From assembly GCA_963837175.1 (NCBI GenBank), contig CAWIMJ010000039.1, positions 1 through 64,000 on the forward strand: a stretch of DNA of 64,000 nt, given 5' to 3'. The translations under genes and the position numbers were made by a program. Under the pieces are notes generated by a model, which was not told the DNA's origin, searched no databases, and saw only the letters and a program-made list of their open reading frames with translations. The DNA is from an uncultured Nitrososphaeraceae archaeon. GTDB taxonomy: Archaea > Thermoproteota > Nitrososphaeria > Nitrososphaerales > Nitrososphaeraceae. Shown in pieces: positions 33,360 to 45,880 of the stretch; the stretch's first letter is position 1, and each line of letters opens with the position of its first letter.

Positions 33360-33890
33360 TTATTTTATCTCTGCGTTGACCTTTATTATATGAGACATAC
33401 TGTAAATAGCAGGACACCGCTCTTCTGCCATCCTTACCAATTCTTGAAGTTTCTGTTTATCTATGTCTTCACTTTTAGCATCAATATAAAAATTAATACT
33501 TTCTGTAATAGGTTCATCTGCAATATCGAAAGTTTTTGCAAAATTAATGTCGCATTCTGCATTGATGTTTAATTTGTTGAATATGATTCCTTGACTTGAT
33601 GCAACGCTTACAAATGTAGCAATAAAACATGAAGTAATGCCTGCAATACAATATCCCATTGGTCCTACTCTGCTACCATTCCCTCCTAAAAATGATGGTG
33701 AATCTATTTCTATAGTCTGCTTTCCTTTCTCATATGTTAATTCTGTTTTAAATTGATATCCATTTTGTAGATCAAGATTCCATTCTCCTTGCAGTTTGAC
33801 TGGTTTACGTAAGAATTGTCTATCCTTTTGTCCATTTTCAATAGTGTTTTGTATTTTATCAAGGTCTGTGTTATTTATGATATTTGCCAT
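33360..33890 (-). CDS. OsmC-family protein
   Basis: DSPSFLGG, GPMGYCIAGITSC, AEERCP. Confidence 0.85.
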   Translation of the reverse strand: MANIINNTDLDKIQNTIENGQKDRQFLRKPVKLQGEWNLDLQNGYQFKTELTYEKGKQTIEIDSPSFLGGNGSRVGPMGYCIAGITSCFIATFVSVASSQGIIFNKLNINAECDINFAKTFDIADEPITESINFYIDAKSEDIDKQKLQELVRMAEERCPAIYSMSHIIKVNAEIK

Positions 33891-34199
33891 GATGAATAAT
33901 AAATTTTAAATTTATTAATAGTTGCAAGAAAAGACATTACAGGTAATAGTATTATTATTATAACATTGTTAAAAATAATTATCACAATTAATTTATAATA
34001 AGTTCCTGCATCAAATTGTAACCATATCTGATGATGTAATCTAAATCCTAATTGTTCATAGCAAAACTTGATAAAAGTCCCATTAGCACAGACAAAAATG
34101 TACTGTTTTTTGGTATTGGTTTTATAATTTCAAAATTTCAAACTATCCTTCTTCTTAGTAGAATTCAGAGTGTTATTTCAGAGTTATATTTGCAGGTCC

Positions 34200-34705
34200 C
34201 TTTTTAATTGAATATTGCTACAATTACTACTCTAACTCTTCCATTTATTCTCTTTATCAAATAATCTATTGCAATAGGCTCTTTTATAAAACATCTTATA
34301 CTTATGGTTGGAATATAATTCTCTTACAGCTTCATGATTCACTTCTCCTGGCAGACATAAAGCAAATCTTGACATTAAAATCTACTTTTAATATCTCTGT
34401 ACATAATTCAAAGCCATTCATATCTGGCATATTAATATCAATTTAGCAATAAATCATAGAAACTTGGCTTGAATTGTGATAATACTGATAGAGGATCATT
34501 AAACGTATGTATTTCAAGTTTACTGTTACTACTATTATTTTCCTCTTCTAAAGCTAATTTGAAGCTTAAAGTAATATCAGGATCATCATCTACAATTAGA
34601 ATCCTTTTGAGAAATAATGATTCTTCTTTTTTATCAGTAAAAGCAATAGTTTGATACTGATTGTTGATATGATGATAACCGTCTTTTATTTTTATTACCG
34701 TTCAT
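34200..34705 (-). pseudogene. response-regulator receiver, frameshifted
   Basis: KRILIVDDDPDI, FNDPLS, DINMPDMNGFEL in different frames. Confidence 0.75.
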
Positions 34706-35151
34706 TAGTTTATGCGAGTTAGAAACTAATAAGGTTTCATTATTAAATTAGTCTAATATTAACCAGAAGCATGTAAATATTATATAGAAAACATGGTCTT
34801 GCTAAATAAAACATACATAATTAATTTTAATGTAAATCTATTAAAACCTTCTGAAAATGTTATAAATTGTATATTAATCCTGTTTAAGCCATCTGAAAAT
34901 TAATGTGTATTCTTAACATTTCTGGCATCTGATTGTCGTGTCGTAGAAGATATGACTATAAAGTCAATGAAATATAGCTTTACATTATCATAAATTTCTG
35001 ATTGTATTTTTCTATGTATCTAATAGGTAGGCTGGAAATTAATAGGATTCTTTATTTGAATAATTATAATATTTAATAGGCATTATATGGTAATCATTAC
35101 CATTTGTTACCAGAATTTATATATTCATATAACCTAATATTAAGCATAAAA

Positions 35152-35602
35152 ATGGTAGATAATAAATCAAAAGACGAAAGTAGTACAGTAGGATCAAGTA
35201 GCACAGGCCCTGTATTAGATACAGTAAGAGAAAACTTTGTCAGAGCAGTAGATCAGATATCAAGTGTTCAACCACAATATGCACAAGCATTCTCTAATCT
35301 TCAGCTAGATTATATCCAGACGGTAAAGAATGTGATAGAGAAGACAATTTCAGCTCAAAAGCAATTGGTAGGAAACTTTAACATCCCATTATCAATACCA
35401 TCATACACAGAACAATTTACAAGACAATCAAATGAAATTACTAACAAATACATTAAGAGCAGTTGACATTAACAACAAGTTAGCAATCAATGCAGTAGAT
35501 GCGGCAAGAGAGAATCTTAAAGTCTATAATAAAGCAGCTGACGCAGTAACAGAATTTAGCAATAATATCGCAAAGGCTAAGCAGTTAATGAATAATGAAT
35601 AA
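35152..35602 (+). pseudogene. amphipathic helical protein (possibly phasin-like), one frameshift near 35455
   Basis: Q/N/A-rich helical ORF continuing in another frame (AVDINNKLAINAVDAARENLKVYN). Confidence 0.5.
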
Positions 35603-35978
35603 AAGAGTATTAATATTAGATGATGAACCTGATGTTAATTTAGCGATAAAGATGGTTTTAGAAGATAATGGATTCAAAGTCGATTCATTTACTGATCCAT
35701 TCTTGGCATTGGAGAGTTTTAGAAAACAAGCTGGTATGTATGACTTGCTTATGCTTGATATTAAAATGCCAGATATGAATGGATTTGAGTTGTATAAACA
35801 AATAAAGAAGATACATGATAAAGTTAAGGTCTGTTTTCTGACAGCAGGTGAAATGGATTACGAACAGTTTAGAAAAGAATTATTTCCTGCATTAGATAAA
35901 AATTGCTATATTCAAAAGCCAATTGAAACTGAAACGCTGATAAAAAGACTAAATAGAATAATAGCGTCATCAGATTAA
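35595..35978 (+). CDS. single-domain response regulator
   Basis: VLILDDEPD, LDIKMPDMNG, FLTA, IQKP. Confidence 0.92.
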   Translation: MNKRVLILDDEPDVNLAIKMVLEDNGFKVDSFTDPFLALESFRKQAGMYDLLMLDIKMPDMNGFELYKQIKKIHDKVKVCFLTAGEMDYEQFRKELFPALDKNCYIQKPIETETLIKRLNRIIASSD

Positions 35979-36883
35979 ACTTAGCAATAATAACTTTGAG
36001 AGTAAAATATCAATATTAGACCAACCAGCAAATCCGCCAAATAGCTCCATTAATATTAGTTTAGTGATTATTCGCTCCCTATTCACAGTAATATACTCTA
36101 CATTTTAATGAAAAAGATGTTTACTAAGTTGAGTGTAAAAATAAGAAATTCCAAGTCAATAAAGCGTTCTAGAGAGTGCATGAAAGTATTTTATCTTATA
36201 AGGAGAATATACTTTAGTAATGTCATCTGAAAGCGAAGAGGATGATAATAAACAAAGACCTCCAAAGAACAGAGGAGAAGTATACACACAAGAACAACAA
36301 AGAATTGCAGAAGAAATAAACAAGTAAGATTCCGCATCAGCATCAATCATTAGAATCATTCTAAGCCTTATGCTACTCTTAGACTAAATCCTTTTACATT
36401 GCGCAAATGGATTCCATACACTAATGTATTGCATCCCACCGAACCCATTGTGATATCACTCCTTTATTAGGATGCCATGCGAATAAAAATGAGAAAAAAT
36501 TAAGTGTCTTAAAGTAAGAGGAGAAATAGAAGAATCATCAATAGACCCATATTCAATGTTCCTATTTTGCAATCATGTACATAATACTAGAGAGAAATGC
36601 ACTGGGAGGTTGAGATGTTTTTTGATTCTATTGGTATCCTGCGGATGCATGACAGAGCGTTCCAAAACCTTCTGTGAAAATGCAAAATATGATAACTGAG
36701 GAGTCTTTCGCATCGTTGTCCAATATATCCAGAAGCAAAGAGAAAAGGGTAGAAAGAAAGGAAGAACGTGCTAAAGGCAAATTCATGTTAGCTTTTATTT
36801 AATGAAAAGAGTAATAAAAGCTGTCAGAACTGAGAGATATTATTATTATAGAGAGAAATAATAAATTTCACTAGTATCATCTC

Positions 36884-38711
36884 ATGATAGTAGATGGATT
36901 TTAAAAAATATTATAGTATTTTTCCTTTAAACACACAGAAAATTACTATCCTTTCTATCATATTGATTATAGGAATTTCATATGGACTATTTTTTTATTT
37001 TCAGACTAATACAGAAAACAACATTAAAAACAGCTTATTTGATTAGCAAAAGGCAGCGACAGATAGACGCTACAGAAGCTCTTTCTCATCATATTAGCTC
37101 AATTTGGATTCGATTATGGCAAGGCTTCAGATGTTAGCTAATTCTGCAATATTGCAACAAGGAGAACTATCTGGTAATGAAACTACAAAATTATTACAAG
37201 AAGTATATAATCAGATAAACTCCATAACCCCAGTAGATAGGCTTTTTATTTTAAATAAAGACAACATAGCAACAATTAATATAATTCCAAAAGGTGAAAA
37301 ACCGTTTGTAGGTGTCAACTTCTCATATAGAGAGTGGGTAAAGCAAACAAAAGATGCGCACATGCCAGTATTTTCTAATGGCTTTGAAGGAATGGATGGC
37401 AAATAACAGAATAGCTTTAAATTATCCAATTTTAAATGAGAAAACAGGGCAGTATTTAGGGTTAGTAGGAGCTGAAATACCCACAATATCATTTTTTGAG
37501 CATTATGGAAATATCTATAATATAAAATCAAATATCTAGCGGTTTTAAATAGAAACTCTGTTCAATTAATTCATCCAGTTAAATCATTTATTGGGACCTC
37601 ATTCTTTGGTAGCCATACACAAGAAGTTACAGGACACAATACGATCCTAAATAACCTAATACGAAGAGTATTGTCAGGAAAACAAGATTTTGGTATTTAC
37701 GAATTTAAGAATGGTGAAAGACTAAATACAGGAAATCCTATTTTTGTTGCAGGAAAACCCATATATTTTATTTTTGTTATAACCCCTACTTCAACAATTT
37801 ATTCGCAGATCAATGATATAATTTCTGTACAAAGATTACAGACATTTTCACTACTTGCAGGCATAACTACTGCAGTTGTAATCTTAATTGTTTTTCTTAT
37901 TAAATGGAATAGTAGGTTAGATAGAGAGGTAAAAAGAAGGACAAAGGAATTAGATGAATCCAATAAGCAACTTGGACCGGCCAATAAAAAATTAGAATCA
38001 GCAAATAGAACAGCTAAAATTTCATGATAAAATGCAAAATGAATTTATCAATATAGCAGCATCTGAATTGAGAACTCCGATACAACCAATACTTGGATTA
38101 ACTGATGCTCTTCGTTCTAAAATAAAAGATACTGAAAAACAGGAAATTCTAGATGTTGTAATTAGAAATGCAAGAAGATTGCAACGACTTACAGAAGATA
38201 TACTTGATGTTACAAGAATTGAAAGCCATACTACTAGAACTCCAGAAAAAAAGATTCAATGCTAAAACACATACTTTGAAATTTGATAGAAGATCATAAG
38301 AGTCAAATTGCAGATAAGTAAAAATAAAAATGAATAAGATTTAAAGATTGTACACGAATCTAATGATGACGCTATATTTGTACATGCAGATACAGAAAAG
38401 ATTAATCAAGTAATTTCCAACCTTATCAATAATTCCCTTAAATTTACTAAATCAGGAAAGATATCTGTTACCACAGAAAAAAAAGATAATCAAGCTAATA
38501 GTTAGTATAAAAGATACTGGGACCGGCATTTATCTCTAACATTGAACCTAGACTATTTTCAAAATTTGCTTCAAAATCATCTAAAGGTACAGGTCTAGGT
38601 TTGTTTATCTCCAAAAGCATAGTAGAAGCTCATGGTGGCAAGATATGGGCTGAGAATAACTCAGATGGAAAAGGTGCCACGTTTAGTTTTAGTTTGCCGA
38701 TCAAATTATGA
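36884..38711 (+). pseudogene. Cache-domain sensor histidine kinase, multiply disrupted
   Basis: NFSYREW, PVFS, ELRTPIQPILG, GTGLGLFISKSIVEAHGG across many frames; phospho-His position reads Ser. Confidence 0.85.
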
Positions 38712-38981
38712 ATAACAAGAAATTCTCCAATATTTATAAAATGATATTAATATATATATTCTGGGATATTTGTTTCTCAATCATCAATCTTTGTATTCTG
38801 AGAATGCATTTCTATAGATAGAATGAATCCTGGGAGGCACAATAGAGTCAATTCTGTCTTTTATATTCCACCGAACGTTGTGCTATCTCCTTTATTTGAA
38901 AAAATAAAAAACTAGAACGCAGAGGTTTAAGACATAAAGAAATAGAAAAAAATAATTTAACATACATAGGATAAAAGTTAG

Positions 38982-39274
38982 TTACCTTCTCCTTGCTACT
39001 ATTGTATATGTGTCTCTTCTACATACCATCTAATAGTATCCTTAAACTTTGACCACCAGTCTAAAAATGAATCAGCACTATCAGGAGCTTCAAATAACAA
39101 AAAACCATTATATTCGCTACATCATGCATGGATATATTCTTCTACAATCTCAATACCAGAGAAGGTAAGTTAATTTTTCTTTAATTCATGCCATTCATCA
39201 TAATTAGCTTTTTGTGTTTCTTCTTTATTTATTGCTTTAAAACGATAAAACACTAAGAATCCAGTAGATGTCAT
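38982..39274 (-). pseudogene. small disrupted ORF (GYD/DUF3303-like alpha-beta protein)
   Basis: FLVFYRFK, EYNGFLLFEAPDS, RWYVEETH with stop and frameshifts. Confidence 0.4.
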
Positions 39275-39579
39275 ATATGTATAAGTAACAAGAACTCTAA
39301 TTATTTAAAAGAGTTCTATTTGTTAGAACATATTTTTACATTTATTTATTGCTACTGCTAGTAGTATATAATTCTCTAACTAAGAGATAAAATTATTACT
39401 TATCAGTCCTATTTTATGCATTTGCATCATATATATATTATGGAATGATATATGTGCAGATTTGATAGTTGCATTAGCATTAGCATTTTCTTTTTTACAC
39501 TATAAAACCTAAAGCAAGCCATACTAATTTAGATTAAAAAAATAATAATTAGTAGTAGACTGATTTTCTATTTTCTTAT

Positions 39580-39792
39580 TTATTCATCCTTAGTACCATT
39601 TATTTGACCGCTATGCAACCAGTCCTTTAAGCTCTTCATGACTTGGCTTAGCATCATGCTTTTAGCCAAATGAAGATGCAAAAAAGCATAATTAATTTGA
39701 TTTAGCAATGGCTTGTTTTGTTCATCACCGTTAAAGCTTTTCTGCTGGAAATCAGCTGGAACAGTCTTCCACCAATCGTTGAAACTTGTCAT
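39580..39792 (-). CDS. hypothetical small protein, probably frameshifted
   Basis: MTSFNDWWKTVP...KPLLNQINY...LKDWLHSGQI. Confidence 0.45.
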   Translation of the reverse strand: MTSFNDWWKTVPADFQQKSFNGDEQNKPLLNQINYAFLHLHLAKSMMLSQVMKSLKDWLHSGQINGTKDE

Positions 39793-39903
39793 CTTATGAA
39801 AAGTAATAGATTATAAAGACTTTAAAGATTGCATATCACTTAACTTTTTGGTTACTATACTGTAAGTCGCATATTACAGTATGCATTAAATTCGTCTGAA
39901 GCC

Positions 39904-40818
39904 AGAGAACAGTCGATTAATGTGTTGCAAAATAGTAGACTCTTGTCAAACCTTTATCCCACGTTTTAAACAGACAAAAGAGAACCTGAAATTGTCTTCT
40001 ATTGTGATCTCAAAACTTCACCTATTGGATTTGAATTGTTAACATCCTAGAATAATTGGCAAAATACAATAATAATAAAGATACATTAACTTCACTTTAC
40101 TACTAATACAGGACAATGTGCGATATGTTACAACATCTGATGCAACACTTCCAAGCCTCATCTTCTTAAATCTTGTTCTACCTCTTGTCCCAATTTACAA
40201 TTAAATCAACATTCTCACGCTCAGCATAATCTACTAGCACAAATCCTACTTTTGATGTTGGATCTTCAATAATTTCTGATTTAAACTGAATATTGTTGAC
40301 ACCATTATTATTATGTTCTTCATTGACTACTAATTTTTCAACTTTATCTAAGCCATTCTTCTGAGACTCTTTTCTTTTTTCTTCTAATTCTTTTGCTTCA
40401 TAGTAACCTGATGCTGTAGCAAAGAACGAATGGCTTAGCTTGGTTAAATCTATTACAGTTACTCCAATTAATTGTACACTTCCCGCTCCATTTCCTTTTC
40501 TATTCACTATATTTATAGCGTAAACTGCTGCTTTCATAGATATTTCTGAGCCATCTGTTGCTACTAATATTTTGGAAAAGTTTCTCCTTGTAATGGACAT
40601 ATAGCCATATAGTAGTAGTTGATATATTATATGGCTAAACTATAATAATTATTCTACAAATTATATATCATTGATAAAAAGGATTTTGTCTATACCGAAT
40701 TAGCGTTATTTCTTGCATCTTCCGTAAACTAAAAAAATACATGAAACTTTAAAGAAGTGAGTTAAATGGAGAGACTTCATAGAATCATTGAAATGGAGAG
40801 AGGATTGGGAATAAAGAT
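39904..40818 (-). repeat. right copy of inverted duplication
   Basis: Reverse complement of 31503-32410 with substitutions and small indels. Confidence 0.92.
40092..40600 (-). pseudogene. universal stress protein, second copy with 3' frameshifts
   Basis: Near-identical to 31713-32216 until DLIV, then frame lost. Confidence 0.88.
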
Positions 40819-41568
40819 GATTATTATATAATAATCAAATAAAATTAAACCGTCTCTAAGCAAGACTCAATATGACTGAATTTGATTGCTTTGAATGTTT
40901 ACATTGCTTTAAAACAAATAATCGAAAATAATAATAAAGTATACTATTGAATCCGTTACATGCAAGGTTCAAAACTCCCTTAAGACTACAATACGTTACT
41001 TTATATTGGTAGCGATATAATTAAAGAATATTATACGAACCCGTTTATACTAGGGTTAACCAGATATCATCCTCCATTATAATCTAGCAATTTTGATCCT
41101 AATTGATAAACTAGACTAGTAAATTGTTTGTTATAAATAGAAAACAGGTAAAATATCTTATAAAATTCGAATATTATTAGAAAAAATATTTTAAAAAATA
41201 GTAAGTGAGTGCACTTATCAATAAATAACAACAACTCCAGAGCAATCATATACATGCTAGACACATAATAACAATTGATTTCATACTATTGTTATATTCT
41301 GATATTTGTTTATTGGAATTATGACCCAGCCTCAATTACTTAATTAATTAATTGTTCTATTCGCTTGAAAGTTGATACTTATAGACAATATAAGAAGAGA
41401 TCAAAAGAAATCAAAAATCAAAAGCGTTAAGAGCATTGAGAATTAAATTTTACATCAATTACCATGTTGGCTGTCTCGGCTACTTTAAAGGCAAGTTTGA
41501 ATTTTTTCTAACATTCCATTTTCTATAGGTGCATTAAAAATATTGCACAAATATTGTAAATATGGAAT

Positions 41569-42115
41569 CTAATCATTAACGCGGTTTCTTTCATCTATTG
41601 CTAATAATGATGTAACAAAAATAAGCCTACTTATCATCTCTTGTTCTTTATTTTTAATATCAAACTTTCCATCACAATCTTCAAATAAAGTCTCTAGTAC
41701 ATTTACTGTTTCATAATAATTTTTATTTTGAAAGTAAAGTTTCGCTAATTCCATTCTCGCATATTCCTGTACGTATGACAAATTGATTTCTAGATTTTTC
41801 TTAAGATAACTAATAGTCATTTCTTCATTATTGAACCTCTTCCTCATTAACTTTGAAATATTACTATTACATAATTGCAACGGCCATTCTTTATTTTTAT
41901 GATTCTTATTTGCCAAGTTTAATGCATCAAATTCCAATGATAGAGATTTATCATTATTGCCACAATGATACTCTACTAATGCTAATCCATTTAGTAATAA
42001 GATTTCAACATATATTCTCTGGTTTTCGTCTTGTATATTTGATATTATTGAAAATGCATATTTATACCACATCCTAGCCTTTTTTAAGGATGAAGAATTT
42101 CTTTTGATATATTGA
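41569..42115 (-). pseudogene. fragment of a TPR-like helical protein
   Basis: LLLNGLALVEYHCG, ARMELAKLYFQNKNYYETV; very AT-rich and lacking its own N-terminus. Confidence 0.45.
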
Positions 42116-42760
42116 ACGATGGCGCCATCCATGGAATGCAACGGCATATTCAAAGTGACGCCCAATAACTGTTTTAAGCTTTGGGAACGATTCCTCGCTG
42201 ACATCCGTCGAAGTAATGTGCCAGCGGTCAAAGGCGCCACCGTGTTCTTTAAAACCTTTGCAGACCCATACAGAAACACACTTGGATGAAAGCTGTTTGC
42301 CAAAGTGTTCGGCTTGCTCATCCATGTATGGTTCGATATCGCCACCATGCGGGGCAATGACAATTAGTCCGTGATGATGGCCGTTGTCATCCAGCTGTTC
42401 AATAAATTCACTGTTGTATCTTGCCTGAGAAACAGTAGATCAACGGCTGTGACCTGAGCATTAAGATTGCCCGTGAAAGAATGTGTATTGGATAGACCTA
42501 AGCGCTTCCGAAGATCATCAAGATTTGTGTAGCCCACAAATACAGCATCTGAATTTTCTTCATGCGTATCAATTATTGTGTAGAGCGTGAGTGTTGTCCC
42601 GCTCGCTGTAGGTCTTTCTATACGAACTTGCTGACCTAGATCTCGTCCTATCATATGAATCTGATTAAGGTTTACTGCACAATGCTCCCGACGGTGAGAT
42701 GGGTCGAATCTGTCCTTATCCGGTTTAAATTGAGCAGCGTAGGAAGTTCTTCTTAACATT
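42116..42760 (-). pseudogene. poly-gamma-glutamate hydrolase (PghP/DUF867-like), frameshifted and truncated
   Basis: LIVIAPHGGDIEP, WHITST, AVAFHGW motifs; locally higher GC. Confidence 0.75.
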
Positions 42761-43421
42761 CTCCTAGATCTTTTCAAAAATTATTCTAGATGTATATACT
42801 ATAGTTATTTAAACTGATTCAGTTTTATAAACTGAGTACATTTTTCAGTTATTAATATAGAAGTTATTCCACTGCGTTTGCCCCTAATCGTCTTCTGATA
42901 CTAATACTCTGTGTATGACAATATCCATTGGATTATTTCTATTTCTCCACTAGCTATTGTTATACATTCTATTCTGGATCTTGTGCATTTCTTGCTTCTT
43001 TTTTTATTTAACTGCATAATTCACCTAGTAGGATTTAGATCTTACTTCTAAAAAGAAATTCTTATGACGATCTCTTTTATAAGTCCCAAGTAATGGTTGA
43101 AGTAGGTATAGCTGAATATTTCAGCATCGGAGAAGCACTTGGCATAATTGGTACGATGTTTATAGTCCTGTACTTCTCTAGGAAGCAAATGCAGGCGCTA
43201 ACCGTAGATATTGAAACAAAGGTTCTCAATGATTTAGATGAAAAAATGCATGGACTTACTCGGATGGCAGTTGAGCGACCTGAGTTAATAAGGATAGTCA
43301 GCAATGTTGAGTCCGACCTGACAGAAGAGGTAGCATTTACATATCATCTTTTGCATACCTTTGCGCATGTATATCATATGCACCAAGAAAAGTAGTAAGC
43401 GACAATGAATGGACTGATATA

Positions 43422-44431
43422 TGCTTTGTTGCATAACTCATTTAAACAATCTATCTTTATTCTCTTTTACTTATCTGATAGTTATGCTTTGAAACAAGTT
43501 GTACAAAGATGCTTTTAACATCATTTCTTTTACCATATTGTCAAATTTTATAGCAGTAACATATTCTCCAAACATTCTTTTGATACATGAGAAGACAGTT
43601 TCTACAATCCATCTTTGTCCATAGTTCACACTAACCTTCCATTGTTGTAAATTATTTTTCTGCATCTTCACCGTCTTATTTCTAAGGTAATGATTGGTCT
43701 TTCTACATCTGGAATTCTTTCTTACCTTTATTGCTGGTTTGATTCCTTTAAATGACAGAAATTGAAAATTATTGTTATTGTCATAGGCACCATCTGCAAT
43801 AATAGAGTCTACTATTTTATTCTGCTTTATTGTTATATCCTCTATCAATACAGGTAATACTTGAGAATCATGTACTTGTTCACTAGTAACATCTAATGAT
43901 AGGATTCTCTTCCTTTTGATATCAACTGCTATGTGTATTTTGAGATAACCTCTTTTTACTTTCCATTTATGTCTAATCCATTCCCCTCTGTTTGTAACTT
44001 TAAGACCAGTAGAATCAATTGCAATTACAAAATTATCAGCATGTAAATTAGATTTATCAGTATCATCTAAAGAAATCTTGATATCCAATCTATTTATTCT
44101 TCTGCTAATGTTACTATAATCAGGAATAGAGGGTAATGTATTGGAAGCATGTTCTCGTACTACGCCTTCAGTTTGTCGATAAGGCAAATGAAAGTATGCT
44201 CTCATGTATCCTAATAACTTGATAAATGAATCTGGATATACGAATTTTCTACCTTCTTTGTTCTTATTCATCTCTATTAATTCTGTATTCCAGTTATCAA
44301 TAACATCAAAATCAAGTAATATCTCTCCTCTCTTTACCAGAGATTCATTGTAATTCTTCCAATTTCTCACATAATAGGACTACAAGAGGTTAGCTAAATG
44401 TGTTAGCAGTAATGAGTTGTGCAACACAGCA
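43422..44431 (-). mobile_element. IS5-family (IS903-group) insertion sequence
   Basis: TIRs TGCTTTGTTGCATAACTCATT / TGCTGTGTTGCACAACTCATT around the transposase. Confidence 0.9.
43471..44370 (-). CDS. IS5/IS903-group DDE transposase, intact
   Basis: NWKNYNESLVKRG, AIDSTG, ADGAYD, YGQRWIVETVFS. Confidence 0.95.
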   Translation of the reverse strand: MRNWKNYNESLVKRGEILLDFDVIDNWNTELIEMNKNKEGRKFVYPDSFIKLLGYMRAYFHLPYRQTEGVVREHASNTLPSIPDYSNISRRINRLDIKISLDDTDKSNLHADNFVIAIDSTGLKVTNRGEWIRHKWKVKRGYLKIHIAVDIKRKRILSLDVTSEQVHDSQVLPVLIEDITIKQNKIVDSIIADGAYDNNNNFQFLSFKGIKPAIKVRKNSRCRKTNHYLRNKTVKMQKNNLQQWKVSVNYGQRWIVETVFSCIKRMFGEYVTAIKFDNMVKEMMLKASLYNLFQSITIR

Positions 44432-44628
44432 GATGGCTACATATGATGATAAGTTGTTTTGAACAGGGTAAGATAAGGGAATATTGGGAAAGTGACCTTG
44501 AATTAGAGAAATGGTTTGATCCTGCCTTCGAGGAATTTATCAATAAGAAATTGATTCCTACAATTAAAAAATAAGGGAGCCTAAGCCGTGGCATTAGTAA
44601 ATAATAATAATAATAATGATAATGTCCA

Positions 44629-45087
44629 TCAATCCCAACCGGCTATATCTTTTTCTGCAATCATTCTTGTAGGTTTTATTTGTACAAGTACGAGACCTTC
44701 CTCGCTATTTCTTCTACCATATGCTTCTGCATTCCTTTTTCCCATATATCGTTCTGCTATTTTAGTAGCCCATTTTAAAACCTCCTTTTGTTTGTAAGGG
44801 TGTATTTTTGCAGTGCCAAATATTGTTACAAAGGAAAATGGCGGTATTTGATCATCGACGCAAATACTTACTCTATTATCTCGCCGAATATTCTGTGCTT
44901 TGACTGATGTGTCACCAGTGGTTAAAATGATATCTCCTATTTTATCTCTACCACTATTCCTGTTATCTAATACAAACCAAATTGGAACAACATGAGAACT
45001 TCCATCTTTCTTAACTGTAGCTAGCTTTCCTGTGAAGGTACTTTGCATAAGGAATCTTCCAATTTCAGCTTTGGACATTTCTGTCAT
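44629..45087 (-). CDS. PPOX-class (probably F420-dependent) oxidoreductase
   Basis: LATVKKDGSSHVVPIWF, KAQNIRRDNRVSICVDD. Confidence 0.85.
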   Translation of the reverse strand: MTEMSKAEIGRFLMQSTFTGKLATVKKDGSSHVVPIWFVLDNRNSGRDKIGDIILTTGDTSVKAQNIRRDNRVSICVDDQIPPFSFVTIFGTAKIHPYKQKEVLKWATKIAERYMGKRNAEAYGRRNSEEGLVLVQIKPTRMIAEKDIAGWD

Positions 45088-45880
45088 TGTTGTTGTTCAT
45101 TAATCAGAATGAACAGGAAGTTATTATATACATGGTATTAATTGATTAGCATTTGTTAAATAAAATTGAGTATTAACAGTGGAATTGAGTATGTTGCGAT
45201 ATGCATTGTCATATGAACAAATGAATGAATATTCAGCCATTTGTCCTTTCCAATGAATCACAAATTTTTGTCACTAATTGACATCTTTTCTAATGAGTGG
45301 AAAATATTTCCTATTCTAAATTCTTTTTCCAAATATTATATTAATAGCAATGTCTCCTTGTAGTCGCTTTATGTAACTATCTTATCTTTTTAGATTATTT
45401 ACTACTATTATTTCATCCATGGATTTTTATTTCCTATCACAGTGTTATTCGATAAACTACTTGCAAGTTTACCTTGCCGAAGAAGATTATCTATAGTTTT
45501 CATTATTATTTCATCACTATATACAATCCAGTAATATCCACCAACTAAGTGTTGTTTTAAGCTTGTATAAGATACTTTCTAGAAAGGCTAGTGCGCTCAG
45601 GAGAGGAGGCTTCTGCCATCATGCCCCTCTTAGTAGACATAAACAATACAAATTACAGGTGGTGGTAATCCTAGCAGTGTAGTATTTGAGCCAAGACCCA
45701 TTGGAGTATTTCTATGCTATTCATATATTGTCTATATGTGCTCTATTAAGACTTCTATGTATGTCCTCTTTCTTTGAATCATGATTGTCTAACAATAACT
45801 AAGACAGATCGATATTGATTATTGTTACTATTATTTGTTCACAAATATCAATATCTAATATTGAGTAAATATTATTTTAG

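Larger units (their letters stand above)
43093..44574 (+). pseudogene. membrane-anchored hypothetical protein split by an IS
   Basis: 5' part ends ..SDNEWT at ~43416; 3' part WLHMMISCFEQG...WFDPAFEEFINK resumes after 44431. Confidence 0.7.
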
